A DNA stretch of 64,000 nucleotides from Flectonema sp. DT1601 (Eukaryota), in assembly GCA_964019425.1 (NCBI GenBank), contig OZ025793.1, positions 186,001 to 250,000 of the forward strand, given 5' to 3'. The notes beneath the pieces are model-generated. The model did not search any database and was not told where the DNA came from. It worked only from the letters and a program-made list of their open reading frames with translations. Positions 1 to 10,782 of the stretch are shown here, one piece after another. Positions within the stretch are counted from its first letter, which is position 1. Each line of letters opens with the position of its first letter. A program made the translations under genes and the position numbers.

Positions 1-944
1 TCATTTTGCGAACCCTTCAATTGATTTATTCTGTATAAAGTTTAAACATATAAATAATTAATACAAAAAAAAAAAATTGATTAACGCAAAAATACAACAA
101 TAGGGTCGTTTGTATAATCGCTAGCAATGAGCTAAGCCGATTTGGGGTATTATTTTTTTTTTTTTTATTATATTTTTTTTTTTGCCTCAAGAAAAAATTG
201 TAACTAAAAAAGCAGAGATAAGTCTATTGAGAAGTTGAGTTATAAATAAACTAAAAAAAAAAAATATATGATTTTTTTAGTAGTCATTCAACCGTCATAT
301 ATGAGTCTCAATTGTTAGTTAGCATAGCAAAGGAAGAAGAGGGAAAAAAAAAAAAGAAGAGTGGGAAAAGTATTTAAAAAAAAAAAATATAAAAAAATCA
401 AACTCAGCTTTTTAAAAGCAGAATAGATTTTCAATAGCATTTTTCAGTGCAAACTGTCTCGTGAATAGTTTGATCGATTTTTTTTTTTTTTTTTTTTTTT
501 TTTCACAACCTGAAAACACTATATGTTGGGAAGCCTCACACAACAACTGTGATTCCATATCATGAAATAATCAAAAAATGAGCGATAAAGGAATTCGAGC
601 ACAGCACGAATACCCACACAAAAAACAGACAAAGTGCTATAACTAGGAATAAAAGACTATTTAACCAACCTTTACTTCAAAAAAAAAAAAAAAAAAATAA
701 TTTCGTATTTCAATTTTTTTTCAAAAAAAAGATTTACTGTTGGATGTCTTTATTATCCCTCGTTACATATTTACACCGAATTCTGTTATTGTGCAATGAC
801 TCAGCTCTTCGACCAGACAATCGCAATGCTACGTTTGAACCAATAGTTGGTAACCTACTAAAAAGAGATAGCAAAAAAACACGCGCACTTGACGGAGTAA
901 GATAGGTAGTGAACCTGATCGTTTGTTTGTTTGTTTTTGTTTAA

Positions 945-1556
945 TTATGCGAGCTTGGCACCAATTGCCCCTCCAGGATGATTTTTTTTAAATTCCGACG
1001 GAGTCATATTTTGTAATTCTGCCACCTTTCTGATAATACAGTTAGCGATAGACTCCTGTAAGACGACTGTTGTGGTTGGTATTGTTCCTAGAGGTTCTGT
1101 CGATGATCCCAAAGAGTAAAGTAATGGAAATTCAGGTGACAGAGGAGCCTCATCATTTTGAGTAATTAAAGCAACCTTAACATCAGGTTGTCTGACTCTG
1201 ATCGCAGCAACAGCATTTGTGACTTCAACAGTCTTACCAGAGTGACTGAGTGCAATTACTAATGGATTTGATGTTAATTCCCCTAAGTCACCATGAACCC
1301 ATTCAGAAGCGTGTACATAAGTACATCGAATGCCTAATGATCTTAGTGAAACACTTAAACGTTCTCCAACTTTTCCACTTTTACCAACACCGGTCGTGAC
1401 AACACAGTTCTTTCTCTCAAGCACACAGTCAACCATCGATGCCATCACGTCTTTGCGATCTTCTACTACTTTTAAAGTTGCTTCAAGAGCGTTAATATCT
1501 TCCTTTATACTTCCTGACATGACGCAGCATCTTCTTAGGAAGTGTGACCGAAGCAT
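945..1556 (-). CDS. SIS-domain sugar-phosphate isomerase, KdsD/KpsF/GutQ (arabinose-5-phosphate isomerase) family, without the CBS pair
   Basis: 203-aa ORF with family motifs GVGKSG, HGDLG, SHSGKTxE, PTTT and terminal HPGGxIG; Arg-rich N-terminus (MLRSHFLRR) may be a mitochondrial presequence. Confidence 0.88.
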   Translation of the reverse strand: MLRSHFLRRCCVMSGSIKEDINALEATLKVVEDRKDVMASMVDCVLERKNCVVTTGVGKSGKVGERLSVSLRSLGIRCTYVHASEWVHGDLGELTSNPLVIALSHSGKTVEVTNAVAAIRVRQPDVKVALITQNDEAPLSPEFPLLYSLGSSTEPLGTIPTTTVVLQESIANCIIRKVAELQNMTPSEFKKNHPGGAIGAKLA

Positions 1557-1764
1557 TGCTGAGTCAAAAAATTATTCCACCCGTCTAATCATAAAATACA
1601 AGCATTCTAAAACTACAGCAATGCAGCGATTTGTTCTAAAATAGAGAACTGTTTTGTTACGTTTACAAAAAAAGAGGGAAAAAAAAGAAAAATGAAAAGG
1701 AAACGGAGAATCAGTTATCTACCGAAAACATGAAACAGGGTAACAATAGTTATGGTTATGCTTA

Positions 1765-2790
1765 TTAATTGATGTCAGGGAAAACTGATTTTCCAGGTGG
1801 AAGTCCTCCCTGTGTGAGACAACAACGGTATCCGCTGTCACTGGCCGCAGCTAAGATCTTGTTACACGTAGAAGGTTCCAACCAAGGGTAGCCATATTTC
1901 AGAATAGCAGCAAGTAGACCTCCAAAGAAGGCATCACCAGCACCAGTAGCATCTGTCACTGAAGAGAGTTGCTTTGGAGGACGGAAGGTAATAGGATTAC
2001 TAGTTTTTGCAACCTTTGCGTAAGATCCATTTCCACCATCAGTAATTACGACCATTTCAGAACTAAATTCATTCTGAAGCTGAACTGCAACATCCACACC
2101 AGACTGAGGAGTAGATCTCATATCACTCCCAGGCATCATTTGTAGAACTTCTTCAGCAGCGTGTAGAGTTGGTTTTATTATATCTGATAATTCAAGACAC
2201 GTTAAGAATTCATCGAGAGTTCCAAGATTTGCCTCTTTAAGAGCAACTGACACTGACACGTCAACGTCTAGGGCTGTAACACAACCTGCTGCCTTGGCTG
2301 TTTTTAAAAGTTGAATAACACCTGAAAGTGGTACTTGGGATATTTCTGTACTAAACAAAACAGTCTCCGACAGAACATCAGTATTCCATTGTTCAGATGC
2401 TACTTGTTGAGTTATTTGTGATGTTGATGCAGGAGCCATGAGAATGCTACGTTCGCCATCTTCTTGGCTTAGAACATGGCTGACAGAGCTGGTGTACTCG
2501 TCACCTACCTTAACGAAGTCTTTTGATACATTGTGAGCAGTCATTTGGTTTCTAATAAGCTTACCTGCTTCATCATTACCTTGAAGGGCAAGAAGCGCAG
2601 TGTTCGCTCCGTATGATGACGCCCAAGATAAGTGGTTTAATGTAACACCTCCTACTAAGTTAGCATCCTCAACACCTTCTCTTCCTGGTAAGAAATATCC
2701 TTTCTGACCAACCTGTGGTACAACTTTGACGTTATAAAACCTGTCGACAACATTGCTTCCGCATCCAATTAGCCCAAACCTGCGTGCCAT
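1765..2790 (-). CDS. PfkB/ribokinase-family carbohydrate kinase
   Basis: 341-aa ORF; N-terminal GSNVVD and GGVTLN, C-terminal PfkB signature DATGAGDAFFGG. Confidence 0.92.
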   Translation of the reverse strand: MARRFGLIGCGSNVVDRFYNVKVVPQVGQKGYFLPGREGVEDANLVGGVTLNHLSWASSYGANTALLALQGNDEAGKLIRNQMTAHNVSKDFVKVGDEYTSSVSHVLSQEDGERSILMAPASTSQITQQVASEQWNTDVLSETVLFSTEISQVPLSGVIQLLKTAKAAGCVTALDVDVSVSVALKEANLGTLDEFLTCLELSDIIKPTLHAAEEVLQMMPGSDMRSTPQSGVDVAVQLQNEFSSEMVVITDGGNGSYAKVAKTSNPITFRPPKQLSSVTDATGAGDAFFGGLLAAILKYGYPWLEPSTCNKILAAASDSGYRCCLTQGGLPPGKSVFPDIN

Positions 2791-3211
2791 TTTAACGACA
2801 GATATGATAGCTATAATTAGAATGATAATTAAAAAGGAATTATAAATAAAAAAATATTCATCTAGTAGACCTACCGAGGTAGATCTATGATCTACAGAGG
2901 TTTATTTATTACATCTGTGCCTGTTAAAAATATATTTTGTGTATAGCGCTGACTATCAGTTTTAATGTCGTCGTATTTATAATTTTTTTTCTAATCTAAA
3001 GAACTGATAGTTTGTGGAGGTACAAAAATAAGAAGAAAAAAAACAAGCTCACGGAGGGAAGCCGCATGCAATAATCTATAAAATAAAATAAAAAACAGAT
3101 AGTAAGTACCAATAAAAGAAACAGTATTTATAACGAGATAAGGGACATTACCCTTTTATTTTCTTAAAGTTATTCACAGCAAGATAGAGACTGCGCCATC
3201 TAACTCACACA

Positions 3212-6200
3212 TCACTTCGAACCATAAGCTCCAGGACCGGGTGTTTCTCGGTCAGCTGCTGCTGATGGTCGTGGAGCTATACTTTTAGAGAACCCTCCCG
3301 ACATCTTATCTCTCTTTGTGTCTCGTACTACAGGAGAGTATGATCCTGGACCTGGAGCAGGTTGAGATTTCTTTTCATTTACCTTCCGCCCAATCGTAAA
3401 GCTTGGCGTGTGTGGAGCTGGAACATTGAAGAAACCCTCCGGCTGAGGTTCTACCTTCTTTGGCTTCGGTGGCTTTCCAAGAGTCCCACCAACAGTAGTT
3501 TTACGAACTGAAGGAACTGATGAATACGTTCCAGGACCAGGAATATCAGAAGGCTTTGGTGGTTTTGGTTTACCAGCCATTGAAACACCTCGAGTAGTAC
3601 TGTCAATTGGTCGACTGCTGTACGTACCAGGACCTGGTGTTGCAGCTACTGGAGTAACCGTCTTAGAATTACTTATTGACACCTTCGGACCGCTACCCTC
3701 ACCTGGTTTTGGTACACTGTGATACTGTCCAGGACCAGGACTGTCGGACTTTACTTTGCTGTCAAGCTTCTTTGCTGAACCAATTACGATGTTTGAGACT
3801 CTTTTAGTTGCATCTTCCGGCATATGATATGTCCCAGGGCCGGGGATGTCAGATGTTGGCTGAGAATGTGGCTTCCCAATAATCGATGCAGCAGGAGCAG
3901 TATTAGACCTTTCAATGTGATACCTGCCAGGTGCTGGAGTCGGGTCAGATTCTCTTTCAGACATTCGAAATGACATACTCATCGCTGGAGCATCACCACC
4001 TGTAGCAACAGGCATATGATATTGTCCTGGACCAGGTACATCATTTAACTGGTTAGTATAATCTCTTGGTTTATGTGTTACACTATAAGCTGGTCCACTA
4101 TTCCCATTATCCTGATTGTGATACGCACCTGGTCCAGGGATGGCGGCTTTGTCATCGTCAGTTTGCATCCGAACTTCCTTCGGGATTGTAACTCCGCCCA
4201 TGCCGGATTTTTGTTCGCTGCTGATGCGGTACTGACCAGGTCCAGGTGCATCAGTGTCTTGCAAGGATGCATGTTTTCTTCCAAAAGAATGTTTAGGTCC
4301 TCCACTTAAAGCTGCTGTGGTATAATCACCAGGACCTGGATTAAGATTATTATCAGGAAGGTGAGTCTTTGAGGTTATCGAATAACTCGGTGCGTCACTT
4401 GGACGATTTGTGTAGTAAGTTCCCGGTCCAGGAGCGTCGGAAACAGTCTCTGGGATTAACAGTTTAGGAGCGATAGTAATCTTGGGAGCTTCTGATTGCA
4501 TTGGTATGTAATATTCTCCAGGACCTGGTCCTTTGTGTGTTATGCTGTACAACTCATCACTTGTTACTCTTCGGAGACCAATTGTAACTGGACGAGGTTT
4601 AGTTGGATGATCTACATAGGAACCAGGTCCTGGCAGGGCTGCGTCTTCACTTTGTTTTTTAAAACTTTGATTTGAATTCGTTGGAAATGTCCATCCGCGA
4701 TCATCAGCCTGCACTTCTATTGGCACTTCGTATGCTCCAGGTCCTGGTGTTGGGCTAACACAAAGATCAATTAGATTTCGTGATTCTGTTCCGATAGTTA
4801 CTTCTGGTGCATCTCTTGTTTGAGTATGTTCGTAATGTCCTGGTCCAGGTTGATGGTTTTGACTGCTGTCTTTGAAGACGACTCGTTGTTCTGTTGTCAC
4901 TAACGCAGTTGGACCCTTGTCAAGTACCCTCGGTTCATAACTACCAGGTCCAGGTACTGGACTTGTTATAATAGTTTGATGAGCTGTTGGTTCTGTTCCG
5001 ATTACAACTCCTCTTTTATCATTATCTTTATAAGAAACGACTTCATTATCGTAAGCTCCAGGACCTGGGTTGTCAAATGTGTCTTTCTTGTAATCAATAA
5101 CTGCTCCAATAACTCCTCCTTTCACATGAGTCTTTGATATGATGTCATATGCTCCAGGTCCAGGTATGGATTCTGTCTCTGAGATTGGGATGTTATTTAT
5201 TTGAGCAACTCGCTCAGCTGTTCCAATCGCAGTTTCAATTCGTGTGTTGCTACCATCATGAATATCATAGTGACCAGGACCTGGGTTTATATTGGTGTCG
5301 TGTTTATGTACAACTCCTCCCATAGACCATGCTTGTTTGGGTTTCTGTTTTGGTTCATCGTAGTGTCCAGGACCTGGATTTGTATCTGTTGATCCAATTG
5401 GGATGTGTCTGTGTTCAGTTCCAATGATTGTGTTGTTGTTATGTTGTGGATTTTGAATATCATAATGACCAGGACCAGGAGTAAATGAAGCAGTCTGAAT
5501 AACTTCATCAGTAGTAGTCATTCGATCACTTGAAGTAATCCCAACTACTGGTCCAGATGATAATGGCTTTGCCATGTACGTTCCGGGACCTGGAATGTCA
5601 TAATCAGTATTTGTATTTCCATCACTTCTAATAGCTGTACCAATAGAAGTAGTCGGCCCATCCCAATTAGGCAACACGTTGTACGCTCCTGGACCAGGAG
5701 CAGCACTGTTGTCCTCATGAATACCTCCTAAGTTTACATTACCAGCCATAGAGTATTCTGGACCATCGTTAACTGACATTAATTGATAATATCCAGGACC
5801 AGGAGTATCATTCTTCACTTCTTCAAACCTCACAGCAGTACCCACAGATGCAGAATGCGTTTTTCGTTCTGTTGTTATATTGTAGTGACCTGGTCCAGGT
5901 ATGTCTGATGGTTGAGTTTCTAATTTATTTGAAGCATCTCCAAATGATATAACAGGTCCAGAATCTGGTTGATAAATATCATAGTGACCAGGACCTGGTG
6001 TATTAGTTGTCACTGACGACAACACTCCTCTTGAAGCAGTCCCGATGACAGTAGTTGTCTTATCAATCAATCCATAAGTAGTATCATAAGCACCTGGTCC
6101 AGGGATATCTGAGTTAGGATGTGAAGGTCGTTGTATTCTATCTGTAATGAGTCCACCTTTAATGTCATGTATTCCGTAGTGTTGTTCATATGCTCCAGGA

Positions 6201-8914
6201 CCAGGATTATCAGTTGGAGCTGTTTGACTTATGCGAGCAGGCTCAGTTCCAACAACTACACCTCGTGTGTCATTTATCACTTGTTGATTGTACGATCCTG
6301 GACCTGGAACATCATTATCAGTTGTGATTGATTGCTTTCCAAATATCGAAACTGATTTTCCTGGAGACAATCTAACTTCATAAGATCCGGGTCCAGGTTT
6401 CTCACTTGGATCATCTGCAGTGCTAATCATTCTCAGTTCAGTTCCTATCTTTGTACCTGCTGTACTCTCAGTAATTACACCTGGAATGTTATAATGACCT
6501 GGTCCTGGAACATCTAACGTCATCATCTGTGAGCGATCCATATCTGTTGTAGTTCGAGTCCCTAAGGAGATGCTAATTTTAGCATTGGCGTCAATTAGTT
6601 TTTGATCATGAGGCGCATAGGAACCAGGTCCTGGTACGGAGGAGTTTTGTGATTGCATTCCTCGTTGCTCAGTTCCAAAAACAGCTGCTGATGTTGGTTT
6701 ACTGATCTGGTCTTCATACACACCAGGTCCAGGTTGATCATTATTCCTGTTTATATCCCTCTGTGAACTTGTTTGGTTACTAAATTGATATCCTACTTCA
6801 GATTTTATTGTTGCTTGTTGGTACTGACCTGGACCTGGGGTATCACCTGGTCGGTCGAATTCATTATTAACACGCGGGGCTGTTCCTATGACTACTCCAT
6901 GATTCTCCTTAAGATGGATATCATAATAACCAGGACCAGGAATAGAGTTCTTCGAATCATAATATGAAATCGTTCTATCAGAATGATATAACTGTTGGTT
7001 GGTTGCAGATATTCCAATTTGTCCGTTTCTTATGTCATACTCGGCTGGACCAGGGCCGTCATTTTGACCAATTGCAGAATGCCTCGGTTCAGTTCCTATG
7101 GTAGCTCCCTTTGCGGATGTAGATTCAGCTTGTAGATATGAACCAGGACCAGGAACGCTGCATTCCTTTATTGATAAACGATCAGTTGAAGCTTTGTAAT
7201 GAAATGCTGCTCCTGCAGTGTTATTCTCCGACCTGTTTACTACAGCATCATATGATCCAGGTCCTGGAATATTTTGAATTAGATCACAATCAGATATTTG
7301 TAGTCCTCTTGACTGGGTCCCACCTACTTTCCAGAGAGCTAAACTACTACCAGGTTTCTCACTATCACATTCAGTTGAGTATGCACCTGGTCCTGGAGTT
7401 AATGTCTTGTCGTGGTGAAGTCTTTTAGTGTCTGCTTTACTAAAACTAATATTCCTTGAATCATTAACTGATACCTGTTCTTGAAGGTAAGCTCCAGGTC
7501 CTGGATTCTGTTCTGACTTCGGTTTTGTAAATTGATCTATCCTTTTAGAGGTTCCAATTGTCTGTTTTAGTTTCTTATCAACTAAACCACTCGAATCATA
7601 TGTTCCAGGCCCAGGGTTAGTAGTAATTTCAGGTGACTTACTTCGTAGTAGTGTCGCGGACCCGATGACAATGTTGGGAACGCTTTTCGTAACTGTCGCT
7701 GAGTAAGCTCCAGGTCCTGGTGTCATTATTTGATCTTTAGAACGAATCATTGAAATACTTCTCGCGGTAGTTCCCATAATAACTCCAGTTGATTTATCCA
7801 ACGCTTTGTGTAATTCAGGATCGTATGCTCCTGGACCTGGTGAAGAACTCCTTGGACCTTCTCTTGCTAATTGAGTTGGAGGAGCAACAGTATAAGACCC
7901 TTTTATGTGGTCTTTTCTTGTTGTATCATACGCTCCTGGTCCAGGAGCTGATGATTTGGAGACAGTTTTTGAAACATCCTTTGGAGTTGTGCCAAAAGTT
8001 GCTGATGAAGGCTTAGGAATAACAACAGGAACATTATCTTCATAGTGACCAGGTCCTGGAATATTATTATCATTTATTGATCTTGTGAGTCTACCTGTTC
8101 CAGCTGATCCAAATGGATGGGGGATCGCTTTCTTATTCTTCTTTCCAGTCGTGTTGTAGGCACCTGGACCAGGTATTTCCTGTTCATTATTTTGCTTTCT
8201 ACTTACTGTTTTCTCAGGACACCTCCACTTACCACCTTCACGTTCAGAATATGTCAAAACAGGTTTCTTAGTTTCGTATGCAGCAGGGCCAGGTGACGCA
8301 CTTCGGCTGTTTGGAATCCGAGCAGAAGTTCCCATCACAGCTCCGGGTTTAACTTTTTTTACTGGCTTTGGATTGGAGCTGTACTCTCCAGGACCGGGTG
8401 TTGGTCCCTCTTTTTTCTTTCGACTTACGGTTGGTTGGTGCATCTTAACTGGTGAAGGACTTCTCTTAGATATTGCCTTGTGTGACACGTCGTATGAACC
8501 TGGTCCTACTGGATCTGCTTTGTCGTTATTTTTCTTTTGTGATCTTCCTCTTTTTGGAAGAGGAGCTATTCTATGTGAAGATCCTCTACTCGGGTGAGGA
8601 ATATCGTAGTGACCAACACCTGGTGTCTCTTCATCTTTCATGTCTTTTAATACTTTGGCACATGTTTTCGCAAAGGACCATTTTTCTGCTCGTTCTATAT
8701 GATCAGTTTGTCTTGTCTTTCCATCGCCTGGGTAATCAATCAATGCTGTGTCTACTATCCCATCGAGAACTTGTCTAAATATTGCATCTGCTGAGGAGGT
8801 CCATTCAATCTTTGATGCACTTCTTTCTAACTTAGTGGTGTCCACTCCTCTTCGATTCTTAGCAGCAGCCGTCTCATTTTTATGCAACCTTGAGTAGTCC
8901 GCTGAAGCAGGCAT
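3212..8914 (-). CDS. Large SHIPPO-repeat (ODF3/STPG-like) flagellar microtubule-associated protein
   Basis: 1900-aa intact ORF with dozens of PGPGxY repeats spaced about 30-40 aa apart; repeats are diverged at the DNA level, so old. Confidence 0.9.
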   Translation of the reverse strand: MPASADYSRLHKNETAAAKNRRGVDTTKLERSASKIEWTSSADAIFRQVLDGIVDTALIDYPGDGKTRQTDHIERAEKWSFAKTCAKVLKDMKDEETPGVGHYDIPHPSRGSSHRIAPLPKRGRSQKKNNDKADPVGPGSYDVSHKAISKRSPSPVKMHQPTVSRKKKEGPTPGPGEYSSNPKPVKKVKPGAVMGTSARIPNSRSASPGPAAYETKKPVLTYSEREGGKWRCPEKTVSRKQNNEQEIPGPGAYNTTGKKNKKAIPHPFGSAGTGRLTRSINDNNIPGPGHYEDNVPVVIPKPSSATFGTTPKDVSKTVSKSSAPGPGAYDTTRKDHIKGSYTVAPPTQLAREGPRSSSPGPGAYDPELHKALDKSTGVIMGTTARSISMIRSKDQIMTPGPGAYSATVTKSVPNIVIGSATLLRSKSPEITTNPGPGTYDSSGLVDKKLKQTIGTSKRIDQFTKPKSEQNPGPGAYLQEQVSVNDSRNISFSKADTKRLHHDKTLTPGPGAYSTECDSEKPGSSLALWKVGGTQSRGLQISDCDLIQNIPGPGSYDAVVNRSENNTAGAAFHYKASTDRLSIKECSVPGPGSYLQAESTSAKGATIGTEPRHSAIGQNDGPGPAEYDIRNGQIGISATNQQLYHSDRTISYYDSKNSIPGPGYYDIHLKENHGVVIGTAPRVNNEFDRPGDTPGPGQYQQATIKSEVGYQFSNQTSSQRDINRNNDQPGPGVYEDQISKPTSAAVFGTEQRGMQSQNSSVPGPGSYAPHDQKLIDANAKISISLGTRTTTDMDRSQMMTLDVPGPGHYNIPGVITESTAGTKIGTELRMISTADDPSEKPGPGSYEVRLSPGKSVSIFGKQSITTDNDVPGPGSYNQQVINDTRGVVVGTEPARISQTAPTDNPGPGAYEQHYGIHDIKGGLITDRIQRPSHPNSDIPGPGAYDTTYGLIDKTTTVIGTASRGVLSSVTTNTPGPGHYDIYQPDSGPVISFGDASNKLETQPSDIPGPGHYNITTERKTHSASVGTAVRFEEVKNDTPGPGYYQLMSVNDGPEYSMAGNVNLGGIHEDNSAAPGPGAYNVLPNWDGPTTSIGTAIRSDGNTNTDYDIPGPGTYMAKPLSSGPVVGITSSDRMTTTDEVIQTASFTPGPGHYDIQNPQHNNNTIIGTEHRHIPIGSTDTNPGPGHYDEPKQKPKQAWSMGGVVHKHDTNINPGPGHYDIHDGSNTRIETAIGTAERVAQINNIPISETESIPGPGAYDIISKTHVKGGVIGAVIDYKKDTFDNPGPGAYDNEVVSYKDNDKRGVVIGTEPTAHQTIITSPVPGPGSYEPRVLDKGPTALVTTEQRVVFKDSSQNHQPGPGHYEHTQTRDAPEVTIGTESRNLIDLCVSPTPGPGAYEVPIEVQADDRGWTFPTNSNQSFKKQSEDAALPGPGSYVDHPTKPRPVTIGLRRVTSDELYSITHKGPGPGEYYIPMQSEAPKITIAPKLLIPETVSDAPGPGTYYTNRPSDAPSYSITSKTHLPDNNLNPGPGDYTTAALSGGPKHSFGRKHASLQDTDAPGPGQYRISSEQKSGMGGVTIPKEVRMQTDDDKAAIPGPGAYHNQDNGNSGPAYSVTHKPRDYTNQLNDVPGPGQYHMPVATGGDAPAMSMSFRMSERESDPTPAPGRYHIERSNTAPAASIIGKPHSQPTSDIPGPGTYHMPEDATKRVSNIVIGSAKKLDSKVKSDSPGPGQYHSVPKPGEGSGPKVSISNSKTVTPVAATPGPGTYSSRPIDSTTRGVSMAGKPKPPKPSDIPGPGTYSSVPSVRKTTVGGTLGKPPKPKKVEPQPEGFFNVPAPHTPSFTIGRKVNEKKSQPAPGPGSYSPVVRDTKRDKMSGGFSKSIAPRPSAAADRETPGPGAYGSK

Positions 8915-9200
8915 CCATCACCTGGAGAAATTGGATAAATAAATCAAGGCTAACACGCCATTATAACTGGATTCCGTCCACACAACTCCGCATGCTTTAA
9001 ATAAACTACCAGAAAAAGAAATGCTTTCAAGTCAAATTGACCCTGGGACCACTCACTTCAGGTTAAGCATCCCATGCCCTGCAGGTTGTTGGGGAGTTAA
9101 ATAATATGAATAAACAATTAAACATAATTTAATCATGTCATCCCTACCTCGGATTCACGTCTCAAACATCAAACTTTTCCTCAGAATCTGCCAAAAACAA

Positions 9201-9837
9201 TGTTTCGCTTCCAGAGTCTCCATTTAGAGTTCCGTTTTTTTTTTTTTCTCTTCCCCAATCGAACAACTAGGTTTCAGGGAGAGTGTGCTGTTCGACAAAT
9301 AAACCACAGGTATCTAGGACCTCCTTACGATGCGTTATGAAATTAGTAGTCCACCACATCCTGCCAAGTAAGTCCATTTACTGTTGAAGGAGGCATTAGT
9401 ATAGAATAAAGGACAAAACAAGTGATTGGAATCTTGGAACAAAGGGAGTATCCCGACTACTGCACTGAAGTGGCAACAGCCAGGGCTGAGGAGTTCCTCC
9501 CCCTCAAAACAAGGCAGAGATTGGTTTTCATGACTCTCGCAACCCTCCAACGCCTCTCAGAGATGTCTTCCCGACGAGAAGGGTTAATTAAAAGTTGCTC
9601 TTTGTTTGTTTTTTCTTCTTTCCATATATTCAGGAATGATCTCCGAAGTGTTTCCCGCTGGAGAGAATACTTTCAACTCAACCCAGCAGAATTGCACTCC
9701 GTTCTACACGTGAACAGCAGTTTCTCGCAAACTCGACCAGACGAGAATCAAATAATAATATGATCTTTGACAACAGAGAGAGACCTCTGCAGCACAACAA
9801 CAGCTGCAGGTCCTTGGGAGCCGTCACTACGAAAACA
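9201..9837. mobile_element. ~638-bp TG...CA module (LTR-like or MITE-like), full copy at the left array border
   Basis: Begins TGTTTCG, ends CGAAAACA (imperfect inverted termini); the left end occurs in 2 different flanking contexts and the right end in 3; no TSD or transposase seen. Confidence 0.55.
9337..9763 (+). CDS. Putative 3-exon minigene or gene fragment inside the module (106 aa, MKLVVHHILPMIGILEQREY...DENQIII), function unknown
   Basis: Exons 9337-9367, 9423-9582, 9634-9763; introns GTAAGT..ACAAG (55 nt) and GTTAAT..TTCAG (51 nt) splice into one open frame; upstream poly-T tract plus AG at about 9235-9270. Confidence 0.35.
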
Positions 9838-10609
9838 GTTAGTTATGAAAAAAGTTAAAATCATTTCTCCCCCTTTCTCGCATACTTTTAACGATACCCT
9901 GATAAAGAAATAAAAATGAGTTGTAACGCAGCAGCTAATGATTAGCCATCTAAGAATAAGAAGACAGAGTGTTAGCTAATGTTATATTATGCAGGCACCG
10001 TCAAAAAGGATATCGGGGCAAGAATGTCTTCAACCGTTGCATTCCCAACCCGAAAGTCAATTAAGTTACCATCATCAGTTAGAGCGCATTGGTATGTTAG
10101 GCATCGATCATCGATATATTGGGTAAAGTGGTGTAGAGTGAGGCACCATCGTGCAGTTGGGTGCACGGTGATTGAAAAGAAAATTAAAAAGGTGTGTCAC
10201 TTTGAAGCACTACGTCACCAACACAATAGTGGGACAGGCAAACAAGTGATCGTCGATCACCCCAACAGTCAGTAAGATTGAGTGAGTGAGTGAGTGGCCT
10301 TGCAAGGGAACAAATTAAGCTTGACAGGCCTCCCCTTTTTCCATTTAACTAAAAGGGTTGCATGGTGATCGTCGGTCACCCTAACAGAGCAATACATCAG
10401 TAAGAGGGGGTGAGGAAGTGAGGAGTGAGTTTGAGAAATAAAACCTTGCAGGCTAATATTCCTCCCCTGTTTTTTTCAGGGTATATAATTTTATAAAGGG
10501 ATTAACGAAAGAGGAAGCAAAATGAGCCAAGCGGGCCTTCTGCAATCCGCTAGTAATATAATACTGGAGAGGAAATCATAATTAAAACACATCATTTTAT
10601 ATAAAACAT

Positions 10610-10641
<32 letters not shown>

Positions 10642-10782
10642 CTTGATTTGATTTGATTGTATGAAGATACTCGTTGAAAAAGGAATTGTCCAACAAAGGG
10701 AACTCTATTTTCTAGCGAATTCTCACCTGAAAGTCGCATCATCTTCAAAACTGCTAGTTATTTTATTAGAGTCCCGCTTTGC

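Noticed and set aside
9190..9200. Target-site duplication around the whole array (CAAAAACAA versus CAAAATAAAACAA at 53615)
   Set aside because: Low-complexity, inexact and not flush with the junction
9440..9485. Resemblance on the minus strand (CCCTGGC..GCCAC.TCA.GTG..GTCAGG) to the ingi/L1Tc Pr77 HDV-like ribozyme signature
   Set aside because: The L3 loop and P3-P1 spacing do not fit the HDV fold, and it is internal rather than at the element end
9201..9837. Helitron identity for the module
   Set aside because: No 5' TC or 3' CTRR end with subterminal hairpin, and no A/T insertion site on either strand
10040..10080. CTGATGA on the minus strand (and at about 24986 on the plus strand) as a hammerhead core
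   Set aside because: No stem II followed by GAAA at the required position
10612..10641. Poly-T tract as a retrocopy poly(A) tail
   Set aside because: Such tracts are common across the window; the gene keeps its genomic acceptor and no spliced-leader sequence was seen
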